Numbered from the stretch's first letter, positions 28,041 through 38,467 are shown. The stretch is 64,000 bases of DNA from a bacterium (GCA_021821305.1 JAKACP010000001.1:68934-132933), one strand, 5' to 3'. Notes: generated by a model from the letters alone, not told the origin. Numbers and translations: made by a program.

Positions 28041-30665
28041 TTATTTCCCCTCGTCGAAGTCCTTCTTCGCGGCGTCGATCTCGGCCAGCTGTCGCGGGTC
28101 GGTGGTGATGATCTGATCCTCGCTATACGACGCGATGACCTTGATCGCGACGTGCTTGGTGCCCGCGAAGAAGATGCCTTCGCCGACGTTGGATTCGAGG
28201 AGAAGGAACTTCTCGTGATCGGTGAGGTAGAACGTCTCGGCGATGAGGTCGACCGAGGCCGGCGACTGCTTGAGGAGGAGCTGCATCGACGAGTTCGTCA
28301 CGATCGGTTTGCCGTAGCGCGATGACATGAAGTCGGCGATATCCTGCGTGATCGTCGTGAGCCCCGTGTAGTATTTGCGACAGCGCTTCGCGATACCGAA
28401 GAGGAACGCGGCGGCATCCTCGTTCTGCATCATGATCCACGCCTCGTCGACGACCACCATGCGTCTGCGCATATCGGAACGCATCTCGTTCCAGATATAC
28501 TGGAGCACGACATACATCGCGATCGGGCGGAGCTCGTTCTCGAGGTCGCGGATATTGAACACGATGAGCTGCTTGTCCATCGAGATATTGGTCTGGTTGT
28601 TGAGAAATCCCCCGAACACGCCCTCGGTGTAGCGCTCGAGCCTCGCCGCGAGCGATTCGGCGCCCTCGAGGTTCCTCAACACCTCATAGAGATCCGCCAT
28701 CGTGGGGAACGACGTCGCGGTGAGCGTGGAGTAGTTCGTGGTCTCGGTGATGTCGCGGATGGCGTAGGTCTCGCGGATGGCACGGTCGAGGATGGAGTCC
28801 TCCTCCGGCGTCACGGCGCCGAGCATGAGATGGAGCAGTCCGATGAGGTTCGCGATATGGCTCCGGAGGACGCCCTCGTCGTCAGCGTCTTCCTTGCCCA
28901 CCTTGGGGAGGTCGAACGGGTTGAGGTGCGCCTGGGAGTTGAGCGCGATGCTCATGAACGTCCCGCCGACCGTCTCGCAGAGGTGTTTGTATTCGTTTTC
29001 CGGGTCGATGATGATGACGTTCGTCCCGAACATCATCGAACGGAGCACCTCGAGCTTGATCGTATAGCTTTTTCCGGCACCGGACTTCGCGAAGACCACC
29101 ATGTTAGCGTTCTCCATCTTGAACCGATCGAAGAGGACGAGCGAGTTGTTGTGCCGGTTGATGCCGTAAAGCACGCCGTCGTTCGACGAGAGATCGGAGG
29201 AGACGAACGGGAAGGTCGTCGAAAGCGGGGAGGTGTTGAGGTTGTTGGCGATATCGAGCGTGTCCATCGCGAGCGGCCGGGTCGCGACGAACCCCTGGTC
29301 CATGCGGAGCACGGCCGGCTTGGTGAACACGAGCTGGGCCTCGAGGATCGCCTCTATGTTCTTGGACAGCTCGTTGAGCGCGCTGTCGTCCTTGGCATAG
29401 ATCGTCATGTAGAGGCCGAAGCGGAAGAACTTCTCGGTTCCCTGCTGGAGCTTATCGCGGAGCTCCTCGATGTTCTGGAGCGCGGATTCGAGCACGGGGT
29501 CGCGTATCTTCCCCTCCTCCGCCTCGATGTTGATCTGCGACTGCACCTGCGTCGCGGCGCGGCGCAGGTCCTTGACGATGTCGCGCGTGTCGATCGGGTG
29601 GATGAAGAACGCGATATCCATCGGCGCATCCATGTTGATGATCGGCGAGAACCAGTTGGTGCCGAGATACTTCGGATACGCCACGATGAAATGCGTCCGG
29701 GAGGCGACTTCGCCGATCTGGATGGTGTTCGGGGTGAGCCGTATCGCCGGCGGCGCGATGAGGTCGCGAAGCGTCGCGACCCCCTTCTCATAGACCGCTT
29801 CGGTTTCGGAGATCGCCGATCCCGAGAAACGCGACGACTGCGGAGCGGCACCCGGGATGCTCGCGGAAGGCGCGGACTGAAAGTCTGCCAGATCGGCCGC
29901 GAAGGGACGATACTGGGACACGGGTGCGGATTCGGGTTCGACGGCCCGCTCCGGAGCGGAGGAGGGCTGTCTGAAGGCCGAAGGATCGATCGGGGCGAAC
30001 GTCTGGACCGGTGCGGCATCCAGCTGTGGCTCGGGTGTCGGCGCAGGCATCGGCTCCGGAGCTGGCGGGGTCGGAGCGGAATCCGGGACCGGATCAGGAA
30101 ACGGCCTCACGGGTGCGGGAGCATATTCCGGAACCGGTGTCGGTTGCGGCTCGGGTGTGATTTCGGGGACAGACGGAGGCTGTGGTGCTGGTGTGGACGC
30201 GGGTTCCGGCTCGGGTATGGGCTGTGGCACCGGTGTCGGTGTGGGCGTGCGCATCGGCTCCGGTTGCGGCGCGAGTGTCGGCTGTACGACTGGTTCGGCC
30301 ACAGGACGCGCGGCGACCGGAGGCACGTACGGAGCCGCGGACGACGGATACGGCTGCGACGGTCCGACGCCGATCAGGCTCGCCGAATGCGACGCCGGAT
30401 CGGTGAACGACGCGGGGGTAGAGTCGGCAGGAGTGATCGGCGAGTACGCCGGCTTGGCCATCGACGGAGAGACGTTCTGATATGCCTGGATGGGAAGCTG
30501 TCCGTTCGGGGCGGAGGCGAACGGCGACGGCGTCGGGGTCGCCGGCTGCGCGTTGACGAGCGGAGCGGAGGCGGCGGAAGAGGAATTTTTCTTGCCGAAA
30601 CCGAGCCAGCCGAGGAGCGACTTCTTCTTGTTGAGATCTTCCTTGAAAATGATCCTGTCCGTCAT
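28041..30665 (-). CDS. virB4: VirB4-like ATPase with long Pro/Ala-rich N-terminal extension
   Basis: AKSGAGKS Walker A, IIDPENEY, VVDEAW, KRCRKY, ITQD. Confidence 0.9.
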   Translation of the reverse strand: MTDRIIFKEDLNKKKSLLGWLGFGKKNSSSAASAPLVNAQPATPTPSPFASAPNGQLPIQAYQNVSPSMAKPAYSPITPADSTPASFTDPASHSASLIGVGPSQPYPSSAAPYVPPVAARPVAEPVVQPTLAPQPEPMRTPTPTPVPQPIPEPEPASTPAPQPPSVPEITPEPQPTPVPEYAPAPVRPFPDPVPDSAPTPPAPEPMPAPTPEPQLDAAPVQTFAPIDPSAFRQPSSAPERAVEPESAPVSQYRPFAADLADFQSAPSASIPGAAPQSSRFSGSAISETEAVYEKGVATLRDLIAPPAIRLTPNTIQIGEVASRTHFIVAYPKYLGTNWFSPIINMDAPMDIAFFIHPIDTRDIVKDLRRAATQVQSQINIEAEEGKIRDPVLESALQNIEELRDKLQQGTEKFFRFGLYMTIYAKDDSALNELSKNIEAILEAQLVFTKPAVLRMDQGFVATRPLAMDTLDIANNLNTSPLSTTFPFVSSDLSSNDGVLYGINRHNNSLVLFDRFKMENANMVVFAKSGAGKSYTIKLEVLRSMMFGTNVIIIDPENEYKHLCETVGGTFMSIALNSQAHLNPFDLPKVGKEDADDEGVLRSHIANLIGLLHLMLGAVTPEEDSILDRAIRETYAIRDITETTNYSTLTATSFPTMADLYEVLRNLEGAESLAARLERYTEGVFGGFLNNQTNISMDKQLIVFNIRDLENELRPIAMYVVLQYIWNEMRSDMRRRMVVVDEAWIMMQNEDAAAFLFGIAKRCRKYYTGLTTITQDIADFMSSRYGKPIVTNSSMQLLLKQSPASVDLIAETFYLTDHEKFLLLESNVGEGIFFAGTKHVAIKVIASYSEDQIITTDPRQLAEIDAAKKDFDEGK

Positions 30666-30670
30666 AGGGG

Positions 30671-31360
30671 TCAGCGGTTATGGATCTCCATCTCATCCAC
30701 GTTGCGGACCACGGTCGTCGTGAAGAGCGACGGATTATAGGTGTTGTAGAGGAGCTCGATGATCTCCTCGGTGTTGAGCATCGTCGTCCGCACGCCGGTT
30801 CCCGACAGCGCGGCCGAAACCTGCTGTGCGCGCTGGAACAGCTGGCTCTTGTACGTCTCGAACAGCTCTCCGCGTCCGGACATGTGCTGTTTGGGGTTCA
30901 TGATGGCGCCGATTTTCCCGAACAATCCGCCCGACTGGGTCTCCGACGGAGCGAACGGGACGACGATATAGAAAAACTTCGACATGATGTTGGACACTTC
31001 GGTCAGGTTCTTGACGAAGTTCCGGTATTCGGAAATCTGGAAGCGCAAAAGCTCGTTCTCCTGCTTCTTCTCCTCCTCCTGGAGTTTCTCGAGATACGGC
31101 TCGATTCGGAACCGGCGCGAGTGCACGATGATCTGCACGGGAAAATCGAGCGAGTTCAGGAAGTTCTGATACTGCGCGATGATCGCATCCTGTTCCTCGC
31201 TCGACTTGAGATCGAAGTTGACCGAGGACGCGAGGAGCACCGCACGGAGACCCGAACTCTTGAGCACGATCACGCCGTCGCGGACCTCTTCCACGTCGAC
31301 ATACTTCTGGGTGCTCGCGGCCCCCGACGACACCTTCTTGTTTTTGTTGAGAAATTCCAC
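30671..31360 (-). CDS. TraC/VirB4-N-terminal-like protein of the T4SS-like cluster
   Basis: SVNFDLKSSEEQDAII..YQNFLNSLDFPVQI; GTG start; lies between prgI and virB4. Confidence 0.75.
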   Translation of the reverse strand: MEFLNKNKKVSSGAASTQKYVDVEEVRDGVIVLKSSGLRAVLLASSVNFDLKSSEEQDAIIAQYQNFLNSLDFPVQIIVHSRRFRIEPYLEKLQEEEKKQENELLRFQISEYRNFVKNLTEVSNIMSKFFYIVVPFAPSETQSGGLFGKIGAIMNPKQHMSGRGELFETYKSQLFQRAQQVSAALSGTGVRTTMLNTEEIIELLYNTYNPSLFTTTVVRNVDEMEIHNR

Positions 31361-31397
31361 GCCGGTAAGATAAAATATGAACCTCGGATCGCGTGCG

Positions 31398-31796
31398 TCA
31401 CTTCCGGTCGATCATCTCCGCGAGGAGGCGGATATCTTCCGCGCTGACCGCCTTGGAGTGCGGCTGTGCCTCCGGCGTCTCGTTTCTTTTGGCCGTCGGT
31501 TTCCGGAGCATGCCGCCGACCGGGCGGTCCCACATCATCACCTTGGGTCGGAAGAGGAACAGGAAGGCGTTTCCGAAGTACGTGATGAGCGGTTGCCCGT
31601 TCGGGCGGTAGAAGGCGAGGGCGACGAAGAGCAGTACGACCGGGACCGCGGCGATGATCATGACCGCCCCGTCGAGGGCGAAGAAGATCGCGAGGAGCAC
31701 GCCCGTCATGCCGATCATCCAGAGCAGCTGCTTGACCGTGAGCGGCCCAGCGATCTTGTCCTCGACATCGATGAATTGGGGAACATTGAACATCAT
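31398..31796 (-). CDS. PrgI-family (VirB3-like) protein
   Basis: VPQFIDVEDKIAGPLTVKQ plus two TM segments. Confidence 0.88.
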   Translation of the reverse strand: MMFNVPQFIDVEDKIAGPLTVKQLLWMIGMTGVLLAIFFALDGAVMIIAAVPVVLLFVALAFYRPNGQPLITYFGNAFLFLFRPKVMMWDRPVGGMLRKPTAKRNETPEAQPHSKAVSAEDIRLLAEMIDRK

Positions 31797-31799
31797 ACG

Positions 31800-33074
31800 C
31801 TATTCGTTCTTGAGATCGACGATCCGCCCCATATCCTCGTCGCCGCTTTTCCCATGCAGGCTCACCGGACGGATCTGAAACGGATTCATCTTCTGCGCGG
31901 GACTCGGTCCGGCCGGAGCGGCGTCCTTCGACTTGTCGAAAAACGATTCCCCGGACGGGATGGTTCCTCCCGACTGCTGCTTGATCGCGAATTTCTGGGA
32001 ACCTCCCTGTTCCGATTGGAGCGTGTGGTTCGATGAGAACGAGAACTGGTCATCCTGTCCCGCGGCGGGTTTCTTTTCCGGAGTGGGCTTGGTCTCGAGG
32101 CTCGTGAAGTGCATGCCCTTGCCGATGCGGAAACCGCTCTCCTGCGGGGCCGCCTGCGGCGCGGCCGGAGCCTGTGGCGCGACGGGCACGGGCGGCACCG
32201 CCCGCTTCGGAGCCTGCGGAGGGGTGAACGGCTTGGGGGCCGGAGCCGCGACCGGCGTCGACTTGAACGCTTCGAGAAGCGACTTCGGCTTCCCTTCGGC
32301 GGAGATCTTCTTTCCCGGGGTCGGGGCCTTTGGCGCGGCCTGGCCGTCCGTCACCGAAAACGACGGGAAGACGATCTCCATCTTCCGTACATCGATATCG
32401 ACGGGGACATTGTCCTCGATCGAGCGCAGCACGAGGTTGAGGCGCTCGCGCTCCTCGGATGAGAGGGATTTGCAGTTCGGAGAATTGAAGAGGAACTTCG
32501 CCCGCAGGACGGGATCGTGATACCCGACGCCGAGCTCGTCGCGATAGGAGCGGAGCCAGTTGACGAGGCTCGGGCGCACCGGCTCGGGCTGGCTCTTGAT
32601 GCGGATCTTTTCGCGGCTCAATTGCTGTTCCGCAAGTCGCGCGTACTTGCCGAGCGCCGCGAGGAGCGGGAGCTTTTCCGAGGAGACCGGAGCGGATTCT
32701 TCCGGAGCGGAAACCGTCTCCGGATCGGGCTGTACGGTGAGGACGTTTTTTTCGATGAATTCCGCGAGCTTCGCCTTGTCGGCTCCGGTAAACGAGGCGA
32801 TCTCTTCCGCGGCGGCCGCCACGGTCTTCTTGTTGAAAAAAAGTTCGCGAATGATACCGCTCATCCGGACGATATCCGCGCCTTTCACGGAAAAATCCCC
32901 CGCGAGCGAGCGGAGTCTGAGCGGAAGCGCCGAAGACATAAGCTTCTTCCGCGTTTCCGGCGGAAGCGCCTTGTACGTGCCCCATGCGGCGCGAAGCGAT
33001 GCTTCGGCGGACTCACCCTCGAAGGCGAGCATGGGGTAGTACCGCGCGTCGATTTCCTCTTGTGATACGGTCAT
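31800..33074 (-). CDS. Hypothetical protein with low-complexity C-terminal half
   Basis: 424-aa ORF tightly packed in the T4SS-like operon. Confidence 0.75.
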   Translation of the reverse strand: MTVSQEEIDARYYPMLAFEGESAEASLRAAWGTYKALPPETRKKLMSSALPLRLRSLAGDFSVKGADIVRMSGIIRELFFNKKTVAAAAEEIASFTGADKAKLAEFIEKNVLTVQPDPETVSAPEESAPVSSEKLPLLAALGKYARLAEQQLSREKIRIKSQPEPVRPSLVNWLRSYRDELGVGYHDPVLRAKFLFNSPNCKSLSSEERERLNLVLRSIEDNVPVDIDVRKMEIVFPSFSVTDGQAAPKAPTPGKKISAEGKPKSLLEAFKSTPVAAPAPKPFTPPQAPKRAVPPVPVAPQAPAAPQAAPQESGFRIGKGMHFTSLETKPTPEKKPAAGQDDQFSFSSNHTLQSEQGGSQKFAIKQQSGGTIPSGESFFDKSKDAAPAGPSPAQKMNPFQIRPVSLHGKSGDEDMGRIVDLKNE

Positions 33075-33077
33075 ATT

Positions 33078-35177
33078 TTACGTCGTTGGGTTTTGTTTTT
33101 CGGCATCGCGCGCCTGCTTCGCCGCCGCTATGTTCGTGTCGGTCATGATCTTTCTTTCGTTCCGCGGAGCGGATTGCGATTTCAGGAGCACGTTCGCCCA
33201 CTTCCCTTCATGCTGTGCGTTCGACGGCGATTTCACGAGCTCGTCCATCACGCTCTGCGCCCATTTCGGACTCGTCGTCGCGCGGTTCTCGGCATAGGTC
33301 ATGAAGTGCTTGTCATCGAATATCTCACCTTGCTTGACGATATCAGAGGCGCCCATCTTGCCCAACACTTCGGTGTAGGCACCCTGGTACGCGTCGGCTT
33401 CGCTCGTCCCCGGGGCGCGCTTGCTGACCTGGTAATCGACGATGACTTTGGTCTTCCCTTCCTTGCGGAGCTTCCCGTCGAGGGACTTCTTGAGAACAGC
33501 GTTTTCACCGGTAGCCTTGAACGCATCCGTGTCGAATGAGGACATCGCCGTTTCGTACTGCTTGGCGTCGAGCTTGAGCGCGTCGCCGCCCGCCTTCTCT
33601 ATGAGGGTCGATATCTCCTTGGTGTTGTCGCCGAGCGCCTGGAGCGCGTTGACGAAATCGTTCGCGCCCGTGAGCGCCTTCCTGTCGGCGAGCACCATGG
33701 CGGCGCCTCCGGCGGCTATCGGATCCTTGAAGCTTCCGTCGGCTTTCCTGTTTTCGGCACCTATCTGCTTGAGGAGTTCCGAATTGCTCACGTTCCCCTT
33801 CTTGAATTCATCCGCCTGTTCATACGTACGCTTCCTCGCGAGCTCCTTCTCGGCATTGATGTATCCCTTCCGACCACCCTTGAAGAACCCGGCATATTTC
33901 GCCTCGCGCGCTTCCTCCTTCGCGGTACCGACACCCGGAACGGCGACGCCCGCGAATTTTCCTGTCTGCGCGAAATTCTTCCATCCCGCCTGCGCGCCCT
34001 TGACGGCGGCCGGCCCCTGCCCGAACGTGCCCGCGCGGAATGCGCCTCTCGCCGATTTCCGCCCGGCCCACTTGGAGAATTTCTGAGCACTGGCCCCAAC
34101 CTCTCTGGCTCCGGCAATCCCAGAGTTTTGCGCTACGATTATAGACATCCAAATCATCACGATCGGCGCTATGACAGCGACCATCGCCGCGAGATAGGTC
34201 CCGCCCCCCGTAGCTGATGAGTTATTCGCGATAGTGGTCGGGTTTCCAATGCCTCCAGGCCCTGTAAATCCTTCCAAGAACTTCAATGAGACAAGCATCA
34301 TGAGCATCGCTGCCGGCCCGAAAAAAGCATACTTCAGGAGGTTGTCCCACCACTTGGTCGCATAGGAACGGAATCCGGGTATCACCATCCCCGCGAATCC
34401 GACGGAGGAGAAGATGATGAGTACGACGAGCATGAGGGAGCGGATGAGGAACAGGATCGCGAGTACGAGCAAGGAAACACCGAACAGGAACATGAAAATG
34501 ATTCCTACGAGAAGCTTGGTGGTGATCTGACTATCGCCCTTGATATCCGAGACTTTAAAATTCTCCTTCCCAAGAATGAGTTTTTCAAGATTTGACGTTC
34601 CCAAAAACCGCTTCGTGACATTCTCCGCCTTCGCATCCGCCGGATTACTGAATATGCTCTCCATGAAAAAATACATGGGAACGTTGGCGACATCGATGAC
34701 GAATCGGGCTATAGGGAAACTGAAGTTGACGAGAAGCGCCATGAGAAGCAATTTCCCGAGCGACTTCTTGTAGTTGAAAGAGTCGATCTGGAATATCGTC
34801 GCGAAAGCGATGAAGAGGAGAGTGAGTATGAAAAAAAGGTTGAAGAAGTCCCGCACCATCTGCCAGAGCAAATAGATGGCCGGCATCGTGAACATCGTGT
34901 TGAACGCAACCGGATCCACGGTAAGCCCCAAAAGCATCGCCGACCATGTCACTGGGTAGGAAACAAGTGTAAAAACAGCGTAAAGAATTATATTGATGAC
35001 GTAGAAAAAAGCATCACCAGCGGTATCAGTAACGAAACTGAAAAGCCCGGCGTTAGCTTGGTGTATATCGAAAAAGAATACGAAAAAGAATATCGATAGA
35101 AAAAAAGCCGAAGAAAATTTATTTATTTTCGTTTTTCTTGAAATCATAGCGCGAAGCTTTCGGTCGAAATATACCAT
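33078..35177 (-). CDS. VirB6/TrbL-like polytopic membrane protein
   Basis: WQMVRDFFNLFFI..LL.IAF, LVNFS, KWWDNLLKYAFFGP; Gly/Ala-rich tail; alternative start 35147. Confidence 0.8.
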   Translation of the reverse strand: MVYFDRKLRAMISRKTKINKFSSAFFLSIFFFVFFFDIHQANAGLFSFVTDTAGDAFFYVINIILYAVFTLVSYPVTWSAMLLGLTVDPVAFNTMFTMPAIYLLWQMVRDFFNLFFILTLLFIAFATIFQIDSFNYKKSLGKLLLMALLVNFSFPIARFVIDVANVPMYFFMESIFSNPADAKAENVTKRFLGTSNLEKLILGKENFKVSDIKGDSQITTKLLVGIIFMFLFGVSLLVLAILFLIRSLMLVVLIIFSSVGFAGMVIPGFRSYATKWWDNLLKYAFFGPAAMLMMLVSLKFLEGFTGPGGIGNPTTIANNSSATGGGTYLAAMVAVIAPIVMIWMSIIVAQNSGIAGAREVGASAQKFSKWAGRKSARGAFRAGTFGQGPAAVKGAQAGWKNFAQTGKFAGVAVPGVGTAKEEAREAKYAGFFKGGRKGYINAEKELARKRTYEQADEFKKGNVSNSELLKQIGAENRKADGSFKDPIAAGGAAMVLADRKALTGANDFVNALQALGDNTKEISTLIEKAGGDALKLDAKQYETAMSSFDTDAFKATGENAVLKKSLDGKLRKEGKTKVIVDYQVSKRAPGTSEADAYQGAYTEVLGKMGASDIVKQGEIFDDKHFMTYAENRATTSPKWAQSVMDELVKSPSNAQHEGKWANVLLKSQSAPRNERKIMTDTNIAAAKQARDAEKQNPTT

Positions 35178-35243
35178 AAATTAAGAAAAATAAAAAACCC
35201 CTTAAAAAATAAGAGGTTTAAGATATGGCCGAAAAATTAACGG

Positions 35244-35681
35244 CTATATATAGTTCACTTCATTTCCGGTTGAGGGATCCCAGTAAGCCACCCTCCCGTT
35301 CGAAGATTGAATGTCTATATCCATCAAATCGGTCGAATCAAGATGTGCGACGACTTCTCTTGCCACCGGTTTGATTTCGATGAATAAGAGAACCTCCCCA
35401 TCATCACCGGAAACACGAAGGGTGTCAGCAGTGATCTCTTGCTTGAGAAAAGCCTGACGAATCGACTCACGCTGTTGTTCCGCTGCGTTACGAGTGGCAA
35501 AGTGCATATAAACGAATCGGGCACCCGGCTTCAAGACAAGCTTGACTTTCCCAGAATCGAATATTGACGATTCAACTTCCCCGCTTTGAGAAGCGGTTTT
35601 CTCGTCACCCAGACATCCGGAAAGGGAAACGGCCAGGAACAATGCGGCAAAGGCCGCAAATACCGATTTGAATGCTTTCAT
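35244..35681 (-). CDS. Hypothetical lipoprotein
   Basis: SD AAAGGAG; lipobox LSGC; promoter TTGACA-17-TATAAA at 35817..35789. Confidence 0.75.
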   Translation of the reverse strand: MKAFKSVFAAFAALFLAVSLSGCLGDEKTASQSGEVESSIFDSGKVKLVLKPGARFVYMHFATRNAAEQQRESIRQAFLKQEITADTLRVSGDDGEVLLFIEIKPVAREVVAHLDSTDLMDIDIQSSNGRVAYWDPSTGNEVNYI

Positions 35682-36016
35682 GACGGTCTCCTTTCGAGAG
35701 ATTTGAGATCCGAACGGATCAGGGGAACTACGGTTTTTAAAGAAACAAAGGCTTATATCCACTGAACTCCTCTTTTGTGGAGTATCTCTTTATAGCAAAT
35801 TTTACGGATTTTGTCAATACTCCGACAAGTCGGAAAAGCACCATACTCCCTTATACAAGCCTCCCTGCCGTTTTCTTCCTATCCCAAGAAATGGTCCTTT
35901 CCCACCCCGGGCATGCATCCTCGTATCGAGGATGCCAGAACTCGTCGATCGGATGATTGGAGACAAGCTCAATGGTCTGATATTTGAGACAAGAGAGAGA
36001 AAATCAAAGAGCCCCT

Positions 36017-36517
36017 TTAGAGATAGAAGATCTTTACAAGCTTTGGCAAATCACCCTTTGTTTTCTCACCTTTTTCTATACTTTCAAAAAGCTCTTGTGG
36101 AGTCATCCAAAAATACTCCGTATAATCGTCTGGATTGTAGTTTGGAGCTTGATCTGTTCGAATTTCATAAACATTCATGAACGCCGCTACTCCATCTTTT
36201 TCAGGTGTAAGGTGTCCCAGAAGTTTCCATGGGGTTTTATCTGCATCAATATTGAGTTCTTCACTCAACTCTCTTTTAAAGGATACTTCGTAACTTTCCC
36301 CACTCTCAACATGCCCGCCCATACTCATATCTAAGCATGAGGGAAAAATCCGCTTATGAGCACCCCGGCGAGGCAGCCAAAGCTTGCCCTCAGAGTTGAC
36401 GAGAAAGGCATTCACCACACGAAAATTCGACAAGCCCTCGGCATAGACTTCCGAGCGAAGCTTCCTGCCGATCACCTCGTCTTTTTCGTTTACTAAATCG
36501 AGATATTCATCATTCAT
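36017..36517 (-). CDS. Nudix hydrolase (Idi/YfcD-like)
   Basis: GGHVESGESYEVSFKRELSEELNI Nudix box. Confidence 0.9.
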   Translation of the reverse strand: MNDEYLDLVNEKDEVIGRKLRSEVYAEGLSNFRVVNAFLVNSEGKLWLPRRGAHKRIFPSCLDMSMGGHVESGESYEVSFKRELSEELNIDADKTPWKLLGHLTPEKDGVAAFMNVYEIRTDQAPNYNPDDYTEYFWMTPQELFESIEKGEKTKGDLPKLVKIFYL

Positions 36518-36599
36518 ACGCCTAAGGCAAAGTATAAAAGAAAAAAAAGAAGCTGTCCATCATGCGATGAACAGCCTTATAGCTAGTAGCGACCTAGTA

Positions 36600-37124
36600 C
36601 TAGCTGCTCCTGAACTTCTCAGGAACGTCGTCCCAAGTAGCGAAGAGAGCGAGAACCTCATACTCAACTGGCCCCTTTGGACCATCGGATGATCCTGTGT
36701 CGCCAATGTGTAGACCCATGAGTGCTTGAGCCATCGGCGCGTTATAGGCGACGCGTTGCTGTGGGACATCCGTTTCGCCGTAGCCAACGATTTCCCAGAC
36801 AAACTCGTCTTCTTCGCCACTCACCTTGTAGTAACGATTCAGAAGCACGATAGATCCGAGCTGCACTCTTGTCGTATTACGCTTGTCGAAAGCAAACACC
36901 TGAGCACTTGCAATGAGGGCATTGAGACTAGCCACTTCTTGGGCCTTCCTCTTTTCATCCTGTTCCAACCTGTTGAAGTAGGGATTGTCATGCCATGTAT
37001 CGCCAGTAGCCGTATACGCCGTAGCTTTTTCCATCCGGAGTGCTTCCAGCTCTTCGTTCAACATATTCAGCCTCCCATTGAGAAGATCCAGCCCCGTCTT
37101 GCTTACATAAATGACGTTTGCCAT
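36600..37124 (-). CDS. Divergent GreA/GreB-family protein
   Basis: N-terminal coiled coil with GDTWHDNPYF tip; VQLGSIV, WEIVGYGE, APMAQALMG...GD. Confidence 0.85.
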   Translation of the reverse strand: MANVIYVSKTGLDLLNGRLNMLNEELEALRMEKATAYTATGDTWHDNPYFNRLEQDEKRKAQEVASLNALIASAQVFAFDKRNTTRVQLGSIVLLNRYYKVSGEEDEFVWEIVGYGETDVPQQRVAYNAPMAQALMGLHIGDTGSSDGPKGPVEYEVLALFATWDDVPEKFRSS

Positions 37125-37134
37125 TGCATACTCC

Positions 37135-37872
37135 TTAAATACCCATTTGGTAACGAAGATTCTCGATTTTTTCCACGATTTTCTGACGAGTCATTGCCGG
37201 AGACGGGAGCGTAGCTTGTTCAGACCCCAAGCTCCTTTCCGAAAGCAAGTCATTAGTCACCCAGCCGACATTTTCGTGGGTAATCACCAAAGTGGCAACA
37301 AACTGATCATTGGGCGTATCCACACGGTGCAACACCTCCCCCTCGATTGAATAGATGCTGCCTTCGGTAACACGCTCAGTCCCTATGCTGACGAGCTTGG
37401 TCTTGCCTCGGCTTTCTACATCGTAGTGCTCCTTGCTGCCACGAGCGTAATACCGGTAGTGGAAGTACTCTTCTCCCTCTTCGTCTGGAGTAGCAAACCG
37501 GTAGCTGTGATTGTCGGCGTATCCTACCAAAACTGCCGATGAGAAATCCCAACGATGATTATGGACATTCTGTCGAGGCCTCTTGGCATTCGGGATGGCA
37601 AGTGGATGCCACAAATGCAAGCGCATCTTCATTTTCGTCTCAGAATCCTGGAAGAGGACGATCTTGTCGAATCCATTGTCATGGGCATACGAATCCGTGT
37701 GATGGTGAGCCGAGTGCAGCGTGCCGTAGATGAACTCGTCAAGCATCGCTGCCAGAACGCTTGGCTGGACAAGCCGCTGCAGCTCTTCCGTAACCGATAC
37801 TGCTTTCGCTTTGCGCTCAAGAAGAGCTAGGCGTAGGAATCTCTCCTCCCACTCGGGGTTATAGAGTGTCAT
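37135..37872 (-). CDS. Putative metal-binding cupin (dioxygenase-like) protein
   Basis: HDNGFDK, RLHLW, HNHRWDFSS.VL.G, later LHRV: H-x-H...H cupin pattern. Confidence 0.7.
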   Translation of the reverse strand: MTLYNPEWEERFLRLALLERKAKAVSVTEELQRLVQPSVLAAMLDEFIYGTLHSAHHHTDSYAHDNGFDKIVLFQDSETKMKMRLHLWHPLAIPNAKRPRQNVHNHRWDFSSAVLVGYADNHSYRFATPDEEGEEYFHYRYYARGSKEHYDVESRGKTKLVSIGTERVTEGSIYSIEGEVLHRVDTPNDQFVATLVITHENVGWVTNDLLSERSLGSEQATLPSPAMTRQKIVEKIENLRYQMGI

Positions 37873-38420
37873 GATTTATCTCCTCTTAGATTGAGACTAG
37901 CCAAGATGAGGTCTGTGGTTTCCTCGACCGTGGCATCACTCGTGTCTATCACACTGTGGCCGAAAGTCTTGAAAATCCTGTCGGCCTGTCGTTGCAATGG
38001 CAGGTTCAGCTCGAGATCGTTTACATTCTTTCGTGAACGAAGTCGCTTCTTTCTCACCTCTTCCCTTGCTGTCAATATGAATGTGTAATCAGGCATGACA
38101 AGCTGGGTTATCTCGAAGAGTGACTGGATTTGAGTATCCATGGCTCCATGAAATGCAAAGGTTGAATAGATGTAGCGGTCGCACACGACACCAGAGGTTT
38201 TGAGTATTTCTCCGATCTTCTTCGAGTCGTGCTGTGTTGCCGCGCGATAGAAGAAGTAACGCGCCAGTGGCTCGACATCAGTATCGACAATGGAACGGGC
38301 TGATGAGAATAGACCGCCGGGACTCTTGTAGTACTGGTAGCCTAGCCTTTCTGCCAAACGCTTTCCGACCTCTGTTTTTCCCACTGCATCTACCCCTTCT
38401 ATACAGATGAAGATAGTCAT
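37869..38420 (-). CDS. Thymidylate-kinase-superfamily nucleotide kinase, CMPK2-like
   Basis: IEGVDAVGKT P-loop, KSP, R.FFY, VVCDRYIYST, PDYTFIL. Confidence 0.85.
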   Translation of the reverse strand: MTIFICIEGVDAVGKTEVGKRLAERLGYQYYKSPGGLFSSARSIVDTDVEPLARYFFYRAATQHDSKKIGEILKTSGVVCDRYIYSTFAFHGAMDTQIQSLFEITQLVMPDYTFILTAREEVRKKRLRSRKNVNDLELNLPLQRQADRIFKTFGHSVIDTSDATVEETTDLILASLNLRGDKS

Positions 38421-38467
38421 GCTCTACTCCTTGTAGGGTTGCGAGTTGTTAAGTTACTAAACAAATT

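Noticed and set aside
29900-30300. Repetitive DNA in the virB4 5' region as a tandem repeat or DGR target
   Set aside because: It reflects Pro-rich codons; no template/variable repeat pair or reverse transcriptase seen
35915-36334. Hairpin GCATCCTCG-TAT-CGAGGATGC and short + strand ORFs at 35932 and 35984
   Set aside because: Single hairpin, plausibly the Nudix terminator; the ORFs overlap the Nudix gene antisense and have no recognisable motif
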